Assembly (NCBI GenBank): GCA_051362555.1
Contig: CM120643.1
Span: 25,672,848-25,736,847 of the forward strand
Direction: 5' to 3'
DNA: 64,000 bases
Origin: Lingula anatina
Taxonomy: Eukaryota; Animalia; Brachiopoda
Made by a program: the position numbers and the translations under genes. The notes below the pieces were generated by a model. That model was not told the DNA's origin and ran no database searches. It saw only the letters and a program-made list of their open reading frames with translations. Numbering within the stretch: position 1 is the stretch's first letter; the number at the start of each line of letters is the position of its first letter. This document shows, piece after piece, positions 38,746 to 50,149 of this stretch.

Positions 38746-39913
38746 TGTGGCTGAAATCAGAGAAATACATACTTTTTTTTTCCTTTTGGCAACACATTGA
38801 CCACATAATATTTACTAAGATCACAATCACGTTTGGTGATTTAGCCACACATCTGAAAGATTTTCTTTGTCCAGTGAATCATAACGTTTGAATTTTTTTT
38901 TTTTTTTTTTTTTTTTTTGGGCATTTTCATTTTTGAGTTCCATGAAAATGATCTTGTTCATTCAAGACAAAATGTGTTTTAGTGACCAAAAATTCAGTAC
39001 CAACTGCAAACCAAAATGATTCCTTCATTTTTCACACAAAATCCAAATACAGTATGTAGCCCATGCCTTAAGAACTCTCTACATCTATAAATCAAATATA
39101 AATGCATGCAATTGCATAAACTCTTGCAACAAACAGCACAAACCTGAAACTGGAACTTATAATCATTCCATTACTAGTACATAGTGATCACAAATAATAC
39201 CTGTTAATCTACAAGGTTCTAATGCTAAATGCTGCTTAGAACTACTGATCCCTAATTACTTTTGGTACCCAAAGAGACAAACACTGATAGCATCTGTATG
39301 TTACAAAGCATCAATTGTACAAAGCATGTTATTGCAGCATAAAACTGCATCAATGCCCCTTTTTTTATAACCAATAACCACCATTATGTCTCCAAAACAT
39401 TACAGGATTCCTGCATGAAAATCATCATTAAGCTTAAGACCAATTGACCTTGTAATGTTTTCAGACAAGGGAATGTTCAATGAGTCTTATGTTACATAGA
39501 TAATTGGCCCAAGAGTTTTTAACATGCAATCTAGACAAACAAATAAAATACACTCCTTTTTGTAAAATTACATTTTAAACCACACAATTTGAAAATGTAA
39601 TAATACAATCTAGCATCAGACTTCATAAATCAAAATTAAATTAAAGCTTTGGTTTTTCCTTCTATCAATAACATTATTTACAGGCTAATATCAGCTTACT
39701 GTAAAAGTGTGCAGAGATTAATTATCTAATTAGTTTCTATAATTCTCGTGAGCTTTCTCACTGCATACAAAATATTGACAGCCATCACATATCTGGTCAG
39801 GTATTGTTGCATTTCTAGCATTAAATTGCTTTTTATTGTTTTGTGTGCTATTTCCCCATTAACTGTAGTTCCACAAGTTAATGTTGTTTAGTCACAACAT
39901 CTTCTACTGTAGC

Positions 39914-40496
39914 TGATGCAACAAATATCAAGATTTTGGTTAATATGTGTATCTCTTCTGTTCAAAAAGATAGCAAAAATTTTGACTGATTTCTACACAG
40001 TTTATATCAAATGACAAGCTCAAATTAATAATATCTGGCAAAAGAACAGTGAAATTAAAAGCATCCATAAAATGTCCATAATCAATGACATATCAAGTTA
40101 ACATATAAGATAATAATAACTGTTGATGCTATTTCATTTTCAAAAATTCCAAACTTAATGTAGGTACACGTAACTGACATACCTGTGATCTTCCTTCTGT
40201 GTATGTTTTTGGGAATCAAATCAAGATAAAGGTAATTTAGGCAAATCCAAGAACTTTCGGAAGTTAGGTTGAGAATGTGTTTAGTCAGTGATATTGAACT
40301 GACAACAAACTTTATGATCGCGAGGAATACATATTGCGTTTAACACCACTGTCAACTAAGGTTCATTTTAAATACACCCCAAACACCACTGTCATTTTCT
40401 GATGCAATGGTAAAGCAAAGACATCCATCTTGATCATTCATGCCAACTGAACCGGCAACACAAACAATTTGCCGTACTTTACCTTACTGATGCAAT
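39914..40496. promoter_or_regulatory. Cluster of C/EBP-ATF response elements (CARE/AARE) in the putative first (5'UTR) intron of AARS1
   Basis: TGATGCAAC at 39914-39922, TGATGCAAT at 40400-40408 and TGATGCAAT at 40488-40496, all in the same orientation and downstream (in the AARS1 sense) of a minus-strand donor CAG|GTATGG at 40558. Confidence 0.55.
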
Positions 40497-40557
40497 GCAT
40501 GAGAAATGACATGGCAATCAAACATCAATATCTATATGCTATATGGTAGTACCATAC

Positions 40558-41065
40558 CTGAGACCTCCTTCAGTGTACTCTCTACACTATCGGCCAAGAT
40601 GAACTGCCAACTCAACTAGACAATTATCAGCAATATGGTCGAGATGGAGCCGTGGAACACCCAAGTCGATGCTCTTACGAGGAATAAAGTAATGCTAAGA
40701 GAAATAATGCTACCAGACCGTTTTCGAAAGGTTAGGCTAATCAGCCAATTTTCAACATATTTCGATAGGGTTTTATAAGTCTTTTACTTAATATATACCT
40801 GTTAATAGATATCTATATACAGTTTCGTTTGGCGCAAGGTTTTCAAGGCTGAATAAAGGTCAATTTTTTTCCCATTTCAGGTTGTCGTTAAATACATGTG
40901 TGCCGGGTAATTTACACCCTTCAATAAATTTAAGAACATGCACCACATGAATATTTTATAAGGCGTTCAACCTTACTTAGTGTTTACATGCAATCCTGTT
41001 AATTGTGGAGTAATAATGTGTTCAATTTGGGAATCCCCAGCCTCGATTTGACGAACTGAAAACAA
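40558..41065. promoter_or_regulatory. Putative shared (bidirectional) promoter and non-coding first exon for AARS1 (-) and WWOX (+)
   Basis: The genes are head-to-head. The AARS1 ATG exon begins with an acceptor at 38750, so an upstream non-coding exon is required; the best donor is at 40558. The WWOX ATG is at 41066. Confidence 0.55.
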
Positions 41066-44000
41066 ATGGCTACAGCTGGAGCACTAGACACCGACAGTGA
41101 AGATGAAATTCCTGCTGGCTGGGAAGAGAGAGTCACCTTGGAAGGAAGGGTTTACTATGCAAAGTGAGGAAAACTCATGTAGTATTCTAGGCTCCTTGTT
41201 TCATTTGTAGGATGTAACATTTTTAACTTTGTGTTGTCTGAACCCCATCTACATCTCGACAAAAATCTGCTTCAATTTCATCTACAAGGTTTATTACAAG
41301 TATGACTGGTTGTTATAGAATCATATCTGATTTTCATTTTTTTTTTTTAGGAAGATGCTTCTTACTAATGCACTATGTCCAGCCCAGGTTATGCAGCAGC
41401 AGATGTATACATGTATGGTTCATTTTCATTACAGTTTTTAAGTTGCCCATATACAGTAGTATGTAGTGAAAATAATTACTATTTTCATGTTTTATATTTC
41501 ATTTCCAGTCATAGTACCAAGTCCACACAATGGGAGCATCCTACAACTGGTAGAAAGAAAAGGATAACAGGAGGTATGTTTTTAATTTGTCATTTATTCT
41601 AAGAGATCTTACTATATGAAAAAAATAATAATAAAAGAAAGAAAGAAAAGAAAAAAAACAGAATAAGTTGGATATATTTTACATCAGTTCAGGGTTGCTA
41701 AGTTCATACAATTTAAATAGTTGCAGGTTAGCAGAACTTTAAAAAAACTGATTTGAATGTTTTTTTTTTCTGTGATTCATTTCAGAACTTCCATATGGTT
41801 GGGAAAGGAAGCTCAAAGACAATGGACAGGTGTATTATGTTGAGTAAGATCTCCCTGTGCAGCCATTCACCCAGCTGTAAATGTCTGATTATGCCTTCTC
41901 ATACTTGATATGTATTATCATCAGCTCCTTGTCATATAGATGTTGGAACTTCACCCAGCACACAGAATTGTCTTATATTGCAAACAAGGCTCTTCTTAGT
42001 TTAATATTTGACAACTGAGTGATGAGTCACCTAGCTTCACCCTGAGCTTCAGAGCTAACTTGACACTAACCTTTTCACTGTAGCCTATCTCCATCGTGTC
42101 AAGTAACCTCTGACCAGATTCGAGTGCCCCCGCCGCCCGCCAATCAAATTTAAAGCCCGCACTCAATGACTCATTGAACGATCTAGCCAATGAACGCGAA
42201 CGAGTCAAAACGCGCTTTGTTCAAATCCAGACCAATCAAAGATGAGGCTGAATATCAGGGACTTGCCGTAACCTGTGGGCAGCACGCAAAATACATCATC
42301 CCTCAGTAGATAATGATGCAGGGCATCATACTGCTCTGGTTTCAATTCCGATAAACTCCATGCTTTCTTTGTGTACGGTTATGCACTCGGAACCACTCGG
42401 AACTACTCGGATGTCTCCGCACTCGACACTAACTATGTTGTTAGTATGGAGCTTGCGGAATCAGCCGAGGATTGCCGATTGACGATCAACCAATCAGCGT
42501 TTTCACCAAACTTTGGTGAAAAATTTTGAAACATGGATTCGATTGGCTTATATAAAATAGGTCAAACTATTTTCGTCAGAGGTTACTTGACACGATGGAG
42601 ATAGGCTACAGTGAAAAGGTTAGTGTCAAGTTAGCTCTGAAGCTCAGGGTGCCTAGCTTAAACATCACAAGGAAATTTTTTAATTTGGAATTAAACTTCA
42701 CAAAGTAAACTTTCCTTTATTCACAAGGTCAGTTTTCTCTATGTGATATTACCACCCATCCTCAGTCACTAATAGTGATAAATTTTGATATGTTCCATGT
42801 GCTCTTTCTTACAGCCACATCAATGAGAAAGTCACTTACACTGACCCTCGCCTTGCTTTTGCTGTAGAAGACACTGGGAACAACCTGCTGGAGTTTAAAC
42901 AGAGGTTTGATGCCAGTAGTACTGCAGAGCAGGTGCTCCAGGGGAGGGACCTCACTGGGAAGTATGTCATTGTGACTGGAGCCAATGGTGGAATAGGTGA
43001 GAAATGGATAACTTTTCATATCATATTTTTCTTGTAATTTCCTCTAACTAATGACATCCACCTGGTGTAAAAAAAATTGCTATGGACTTCTTGCGCATTT
43101 TGCAAATGTAAATTTACCCTGATTGTATCATATTATATTTTAATGTTTACCTTTGTTTTTGTGTAATTAGTACAATTGTAGATTAGAGATCCTCCAAATG
43201 TCACAATTATTGTAATATATGCTTTTTAAATTAGTGTTCTGTCAAGTTATACTTTTATTAATGTAACCTTCATTGATGATTGTACCTCAGAAGTTGCATT
43301 AGTTATACAGTCACTGAAGTGACGTTAGGTTAACTGTATTAAAAAATGAAAGACCAGAAAAAGAAAAAGAAACAAGCAAATTTATATTATTATGATAGGG
43401 GGGCCTAAAATCTGCTATTTCCTCTCACAGGGTTTGAGACGGCCCGTTCTCTGGCCCTCCATGGGGCCCATGTCACCCTGGCCTGCCGTGACATGAAGAA
43501 GGCTCATGATGCTGTGGAGAGAATACACAAAGAAAGAAAAGTGGCCCAAGTGGTGGCCATGAGACTGGACCTGGCCTCTCTGAGGTCTGTGCAGGAGTTT
43601 GCTGAGGAGTACAAGAGGAATGACTGGTAACATGTCCAGGCCTACCCATCTACCAGACTTGGCACTGAAGGATCCTGAATTCACCAGTAGATCGGACCAC
43701 ACTACCCGTTTTCAAGGTGTGGGTCAGTACGCATTACACAGTATCATACCCCAGAACAAATTTTGAGATGAGATGCACTACTTTCCAACCACGCTGAGAA
43801 TTATCACTATCACCTCGCGTACTGGGCAAGAGCGGTGTCGCATCTGATACCTTGAAGCGCATACTGACGCACACCTTGAAAACGGGTAGTGTGGTCCGAT
43901 CTACTGGTGAATTAAGGATCATTCGGTGCTGAGTCTGGTAGTTGGGTAGGCCTGATTTCAGTAGTTAGTAATAGAAAAGTTAAATAAACTGGACTGTTGG

Positions 44001-45676
44001 TCATAATCTCTCTCTCTCTCTCTCTCACTCACACAAACACACACACACACACACAGTGACTTGGTCACTCTGAAATCTGTGCAGAATGAAGGAGGGATGA
44101 TGAAGAATGAAGGAGGGATGATGGGCAACTTATCAGTTTTTGTGAGGAAGAAGTTAAAGCAAAAAGACACTGTAGGTCCTGAAGAATTTGCACATGTTGT
44201 CTCAAAGATCAGTTTTCAAATAGTTAATCTGTTCTTGTAAGCATTTATATATATTTCAAAGCAGAAGTCTGGAGTGAACAGTGTACTTGTAAAGTAATAA
44301 AAGATGTGTGTAGTTCCAGAGCATTTTACAAATAAATGAGCAAATATAGTTAAAATGATTTTTTTTCTTGCAGGCCATTGCATATTCTGATAGTGAATGC
44401 AGCAGTGTTTGGTGTCCCATATGAGTTAACAGAAGATGGATATGAAACCACATTTCAAGTCAACTATCTGGGCCACTTCTTCCTAACACAGTTACTGGAA
44501 GAGGTGTTGATACGGTCAGCTCCAGCAAAAGTAGTGGTTGTTTCATCAGAATCACACAGGTACAGTGCTATGGCCCAGATTGTATGTGAATTACTTTGAT
44601 TTTCTAACCAAGCTTGAACTTGCTCAAAAAATTGCAAGTTTTAGCCAAGTGCTAAGCTTGTTGTATATTTGGGAAGGAAGTTTTGTTTTGTTTTATTTAT
44701 TTATTTTTGTTTTCTTGAAATTTATTTTTACATTTTCTGACATCGTTCTGTTGTTGGGCTGGTTTTGAAAAAAATTTTTTTTCATTGTTCTTGATAAAGA
44801 CACCTATAACAAATACCAGTCCTGCATTGTTTTCATATTCATACTGCAGTTACAGCGACCATTATCAATCTATTTCTTTATTACAGATTCTCAGACCTTG
44901 ATTTAGATAATATTTCCATTCAGAAATTATCACCCGATAAAGACAACTACACGGCCATGTATGCCTATAACCTTTCAAAACTGTGCAATGTGCTATTTGC
45001 CCATGGGCTCCATGCAAGGCTGAGCAAGTTTAGGGTGTGGACCAACTCCTGTCACCCAGGAAACATGATGTACACCAATTTACATCGAAGCTGGTGGGTC
45101 TGGACGCTGCTCTTTGGACTCGCACGCCCATTTACTAAATCAATGGTGAGTCACCAAGATGTCTAGGCAAATGTATGAAATGTGATTGATAATCTTGTCA
45201 CTAGTAATTGTTTATTATAAGATTATACAGGGATGAGATTTTTTTGACAATCGGTGGACTTCAGACTTTTTGAGAGCCAAAAATATCATTGGCCTAGGTA
45301 TTTTTGGACTTTTTCACTTTACGGCAGATGCATCCCTGATTATGGCATGAGAAAGATAATGTAAGTTTTACTTTTCAAAATTGTCATTACATGAATGCCA
45401 CCCAATGTTTAATTTATTGGTATAGGTGCTGGTTAAAAATAATTTTATCTTTTTTTGTGATATCAGCAACAAGGTGCTGCTACAACTGTGTTCTGTGCCA
45501 CAGCTCTTGAGATAGATGGATACGGAGGGATGTATTTTAACAACTGTTGTCGCTGTCTCCCAGCAGAGAAGACATTTAAAGAAAAACTGTGCAATGCATT
45601 GTGGGAACTCAGTGAAAAAATGGTGTCAGAAGCAGTGGGACGATTTGAACTGTTAGATTTGAAAGAGAAAAGTTGA
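41066..45676 (+). CDS. WWOX: WW domain-containing oxidoreductase, 417 aa, 8 exons
   Basis: Exons 41066-41163, 41509-41573, 41786-41843, 42815-42996, 43431-43626, 44374-44559, 44887-45145, 45467-45676 total 1254 nt. Motifs: [16 protein letters not shown] (WW1), GRKKR NLS, LPYGWE (WW2), TGANGGIG (Rossmann fold), SSESHR, YNLSK catalytic motif, PFTKSMQQGAATT, YFNNC. Confidence 0.97.
42038..42651. mobile_element. Non-autonomous DNA transposon with ~77-bp perfect TIRs and an 8-bp TSD (hAT/P-like), in WWOX intron 3
   Basis: caccctgagcttcagagctaacttgacactaacc...ctctgac and its exact inverse; CCTAGCTT is duplicated at 42030-42037 and 42652-42659. Confidence 0.92.
43637..43954. mobile_element. Family B MITE, short copy, inserted 10 nt after the WWOX exon-5 donor
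   Basis: caggcctacccatctaccagact...agtctggtagttgggtaggcctg; shares gaccacactacccgttttcaaggtgtg with 12922-13885; flanks are ATGTC and ATTTC. Confidence 0.85.
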
Positions 45677-46013
45677 GAATCATAACAGACCTTCATTATC
45701 TGTATCTTTTATTCATTTTAATTCAAACTGTTAAGTGTCAGGATCAAGAAGGGAAGAGTGTAGCATGAATCCTCATTTAATTCATCTATTCTAAACATAC
45801 TTTCTCTCTCCTTGATAAAATTAACTCTTTGTCATATAAATGCCAGATTTTTTTAATTTTCTGTATTGAATTTTAGTTATTCATTTTTTATGGATATTAA
45901 ATTTCAGAAATATGGTTCACAGTATTTCATGAGATGTAATGTAAATGGAATATCTGGTTCTATTCTGTAAAAGTGACTATCCTTACTATGAGTTGACCAC
46001 TTCCTGACTTTTA

Positions 46014-46269
46014 CCCACACGAAAACGCAGTAGACTACTGCAAACATGCTTCAAATCTGCTTCAATTTGGGAGCTAATTAGCATATTTGAAACATGCTTC
46101 TATCATGCTGCTAATCTACTGCATTAATGCTCCTCTCTGTACAAATCTACGTACTTCTTGGAGTAGAATTGCAGTAGGCTATATTGCATTTCTACTGAAA
46201 ATATGCTCCACACAACTACTGCATTAATGCTTCTTTGCTACTTCGATACTACTGCATTTTCGTGCAGGT
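46014..46269. mobile_element. MITE-like element with internal ctactgca sub-repeats
   Basis: cccacacgaaaacgcagtag pairs with ctactgcattttcgtgcagg. Confidence 0.6.
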
Positions 46270-47181
46270 TGTTTCAGTGTAATAGTATGTATAGGTACAC
46301 ATTCCATTTTTATCCAAGTAAATTGATAGATACTAAGAATATTGAATAATATAAATAAACATTTTTAATAATTGAAGAAAAACGAATTTGCACTCTACAA
46401 CAAAATTACAATATTGAAAAAAGATTTCCAATATAAATTAACATACCTTAAATCTACCTAACCAAGCGCATATTTTCCTTTGAGACTATTTCAAAAGTTT
46501 TGCCAACTTTTACAAAGCTAAATGCCACATTAGCAAATAACTTCCTTGGTTCTCTAATACAATAAGGAAATTATAGTAAAAATTTATTTATAACTACAAA
46601 TAAAGATCTTGTTAGCAGTATTTCCTGAAATTCATAAATGTTAAGTATTACTAATTTTTTATATAATGTTAAACTGACAAATAAACTTTTTAGAACAAAC
46701 ATATTGTCTTCGTAAGAGAGGGCAATTTATGATGCATTTTCACTGTCGTATATGATTGCATATTGGTTACAGTTGTTTAAAATTAAAGCATACTAGTTTT
46801 CTATGCCAAAGTGAAACTAGTTGTGTGATTGGTGAGCATCAAATAACTAAAATGTGCCATGTTTACAGGACTACTACTTGATAGGTGTAAGATAATATTG
46901 AAATGCCAGATATGTAAAATTTATCCACTACAATACGTCATTGGATGGTGTTGTGCGTAGGGGCATAGTAAGTTTACATTTGTACTCTATATTATTTTAT
47001 TATATGCAAACTAATGTATATTAATTATGTACCACTTACGACTAAACGTACCCAATACAAGTACAAATTGTGAATCTTTTTAAGCTGAAATGCTGATAAA
47101 ATACAGGATTTGCCGACAAGTTTAGCGGTCCTATATTAAACCCTTTTTAGTTGGTCAACTTGTCCAATCGTTCTGTGAGGT

Positions 47182-49026
47182 TCATAAATGTGGGTCTGTC
47201 TCCTCATTTTTGTTTTTCGAATAACGTACTCTGATGTATGACGCTTTCTTACACAAAGCTCTGTATACGCGCGCAAACATACATTTTACTTCGTCGCGGT
47301 ACGGTTTAGCACTGATGCAGTACAGAAAAAAATTCGACGCATGATTCAAGTAAAAGAGAAGCATAAAAATCGAATAGATGGTAGAATTTCTAACCAGTTC
47401 ATCGGGGGTGCAGGCGTGGTACACGTCAATTATTCCCGCCTGCATGAAGTTAAACCCTGTTGTCATAACCCAATACGAAAGAGTCACGAGTATTAACATT
47501 TTCGTAATTTCTTTATCTCTCTCTTCGTATTCCGAGCCATGAACAGGTAGGTCTGGCATGGGAATGATCGGCCTGCATTCTTGATTGTTACGTCGTTGGC
47601 GCTCCTTCCATAATTCGTACAATAACCATCCGTTGATGACAGGCAACCCAACAAATGGCAAGATCCAGTATATTGAAAGAGCCACCCATCTGTAGACCTT
47701 GAAGAAGGCAAGCGCACCCGTATGACCTGAAAATGACATCGAAGTGACGTTTTTATTGGCAATGTGTATTATAAACGCCCCTTTACTGTATGTTTCCATA
47801 TAGATTCACTCTTATCAGATATTTTCTTCTCTCAAAATACTTCGGTTTTCTTGGCTGCTATTCAGACTTATTTTAGAAAATCATTTTAATAAAAAAATTT
47901 GCATTGTCTTAAATTAATGAAAAAAGTCTATCTCATATTGTTCTTAAGGAAATAACATTAAATAACGACAGAAAACCTACAGTTCACCCACCTCAGTTTA
48001 AATGAAAAAGACCATGACCTTATGAAACCTGTGGCGAAAATGACCTCGGTTTACAAAATGTCAAAAAAAAAAAAAAAAAAAAAGATAATGACATTTACGA
48101 CGCGTAGACTTGTTTGGCGGAGTCGCAGGTGAAAAAGCGACGGCCAATTTGGATATACCACAGCAGTACGGCTTATGTAAAGTATACTTACCACAGTCAT
48201 TTTCTATGTGTTCTCTGCAGTTTTTCTCATGAAGGTCCAGTACGTGAGTTCCATCATGATATATATTCCAACAAATCCTCTCACAACATTCCTCAAAATA
48301 AATGTCGGAGACAAAGATGTAGATGTTAAGGAGCACCATAGTCAAAACAATAGCCACGATGTACAAACGGGTTCTTCTTATAGAGAACCATCTTTCGTGA
48401 GCGGGAGTGTTCAACTTTCTCATAAGTCTCTCGGCGCTCATGACGGTCAGCGTGATCGCACTTATTTCTGGTGCACAGTAAATTGTAAAAACGGAGATTT
48501 TACACAGAGCCACATGTGAAGTCATAACTGGTACGAGGAGCTCGTATTCAGTCCAATAAAAAAATCCGTTCATAATAGTTATAATGTCAAACACTGCTAT
48601 TGCAATCATGAACTGACAGGTCGCAACTTGGCGGAGCTCTTTTTGGGAGAAAACACAAATGGACAGAATATTGCAAACCAGTCCAATACAATAAATGAGC
48701 GGCCGACCAACGAGAAGCACATAGTCTGACGCTGCAGCATCGGTCCTATTTAGGTAGTGTTTGCGAATGACGGCAGACGTAGCCGAGGCATTGGTTCTAT
48801 AGTATACACAACGAAGATAGTCCTCGGGTTTTGGGGTGCAGTTTCCCCAGTCAGGGTCCGGTAAAGTTTTGTCACGAGGCGAAGTGCAGTACGAGTCTAG
48901 ATCTGTCGCATTATTTTCCATCTCCAGCTCCAAATAAACATCATCATCAACATACCCGTGACACACGCACTGTAGTATTATAACTGTGATCACAAATTGT
49001 TTTCTCATCCAGTTCCAATGTTCCAT
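47182..49026 (-). CDS. Class A (rhodopsin-like) GPCR, FMRFamide/peptide-receptor-like, ~459 aa, 2 coding exons
   Basis: Exons 48192-49026 (TGTG|gtaagt) and 47182-47726 (ttttcag|GTCAT) are joined in phase 1; an acceptor at 49050 implies an upstream exon. Seven TM segments with GLVCN (TM1), IAVFD (TM2), LCK...SAERL (TM3), ILPF (TM5), ITKML (TM6) and NHASNFFLYC (TM7). Confidence 0.85.
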
Positions 49027-49290
49027 CTTGTCGACGTCGGAAAAGGTCACCTAAGTAGTTTGAATGAATTAAGATAATAATAAGAATAATAATAATAATA
49101 ATATTTTTTTATTAAGCATATACATTTACAAACACAATACAATGCATTACAATATATACAAACATACAAAAACATGCAATGCATCACAGAATCAGAAAGC
49201 ACATTACGTTACAAATACAAATACGAAATGATACACTACACCAGTACAGTTGTGTAACTTAATACAGTACATGCACAGTCACAGGTACAC

Positions 49291-49766
49291 AGTCACTGAA
49301 ATATCAATCTAATATTGTAGAACGTACAATACAATATATACAAAAACCTACAGTACATTACAAAGACCCAATCTGAACAATACCTAACAAAGCAAGGTGA
49401 TACAGTGCACCAGTATACAAACTAGATACATTAATGGTTGTGTATCTTAATATAATACATGCACATTCATACACACATTTTCACACACTGCCTCACACAC
49501 CCGAAGGCGCACATACACTGTAGTACACGCAAAAACTATAATAAGGGTGCTAAGTCACTGGAATATTCATCTAATATTGTAAAACGTGCAATACAATATA
49601 TACAAAAACCTACAGTACATTACAGAAGACCCAAGGTGATACAGTGCACTAGTATACAAACTAGAGCCATTTATGGTTGTGTATCTTAATATAATAGGCC
49701 TACATGCACATTCATACACCCATTTTCACACACAACCTCACACACCCGAAGGCGCGCATACACTGT
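49291..49766. repeat. Local tandem duplication (~260-bp period)
   Basis: agtcactg...caatacaatatatacaaaaacctacagtacattaca...cacacacccgaaggcgc occurs at 49291 and again at 49553. Confidence 0.85.
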
Positions 49767-49872
49767 ATCTTATCAATGTTCAGCCAAATCTGTTGCATCT
49801 TAGATTGTTTCAGTTGAGGATACATGTATAATGAGAACCTGGTGCCCAGAGACGCACATTGTTCACATGAAA

Positions 49873-50149
49873 GGCTTCGTTCACATGGAAAGTCTATTTT
49901 CTAAAAATCTATTTTCTATTCGCGGTATATCTTGTGATCACGGTCTGTGCCCTGAATATCCCGCGGCGTAATTACTGGCAGCGCGAGCCAGTTACTATAT
50001 ATAAGTTTAACTTATAGTAATACTATAAGAAACTGGCTCGCGCTGCCAGTAATTACGCGGCGGGATATTCAGGGCACAGACCGTGATCATAAGATGCCGC
50101 GAATAGAAAATAGATTTTTAGAAAATAGACATTCCATGTGAACGAAGCC
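49873..50149. mobile_element. Harbinger-type MITE family A, copy 3 (near-perfect palindrome)
   Basis: ggcttcgttcacatggaa...ttccatgtgaacgaagcc with 3-bp flanks AAA/AAA. Confidence 0.9.

Noticed and set aside
47727-47811. In-frame TGA just upstream of ORF 47182-47799, suggesting a GPCR pseudogene or readthrough/selenocysteine
   Set aside because: A good phase-1 acceptor (ttttcag at 47727) joins the two exons without the stop; the TGA and the 'METYSKG' start are intronic.
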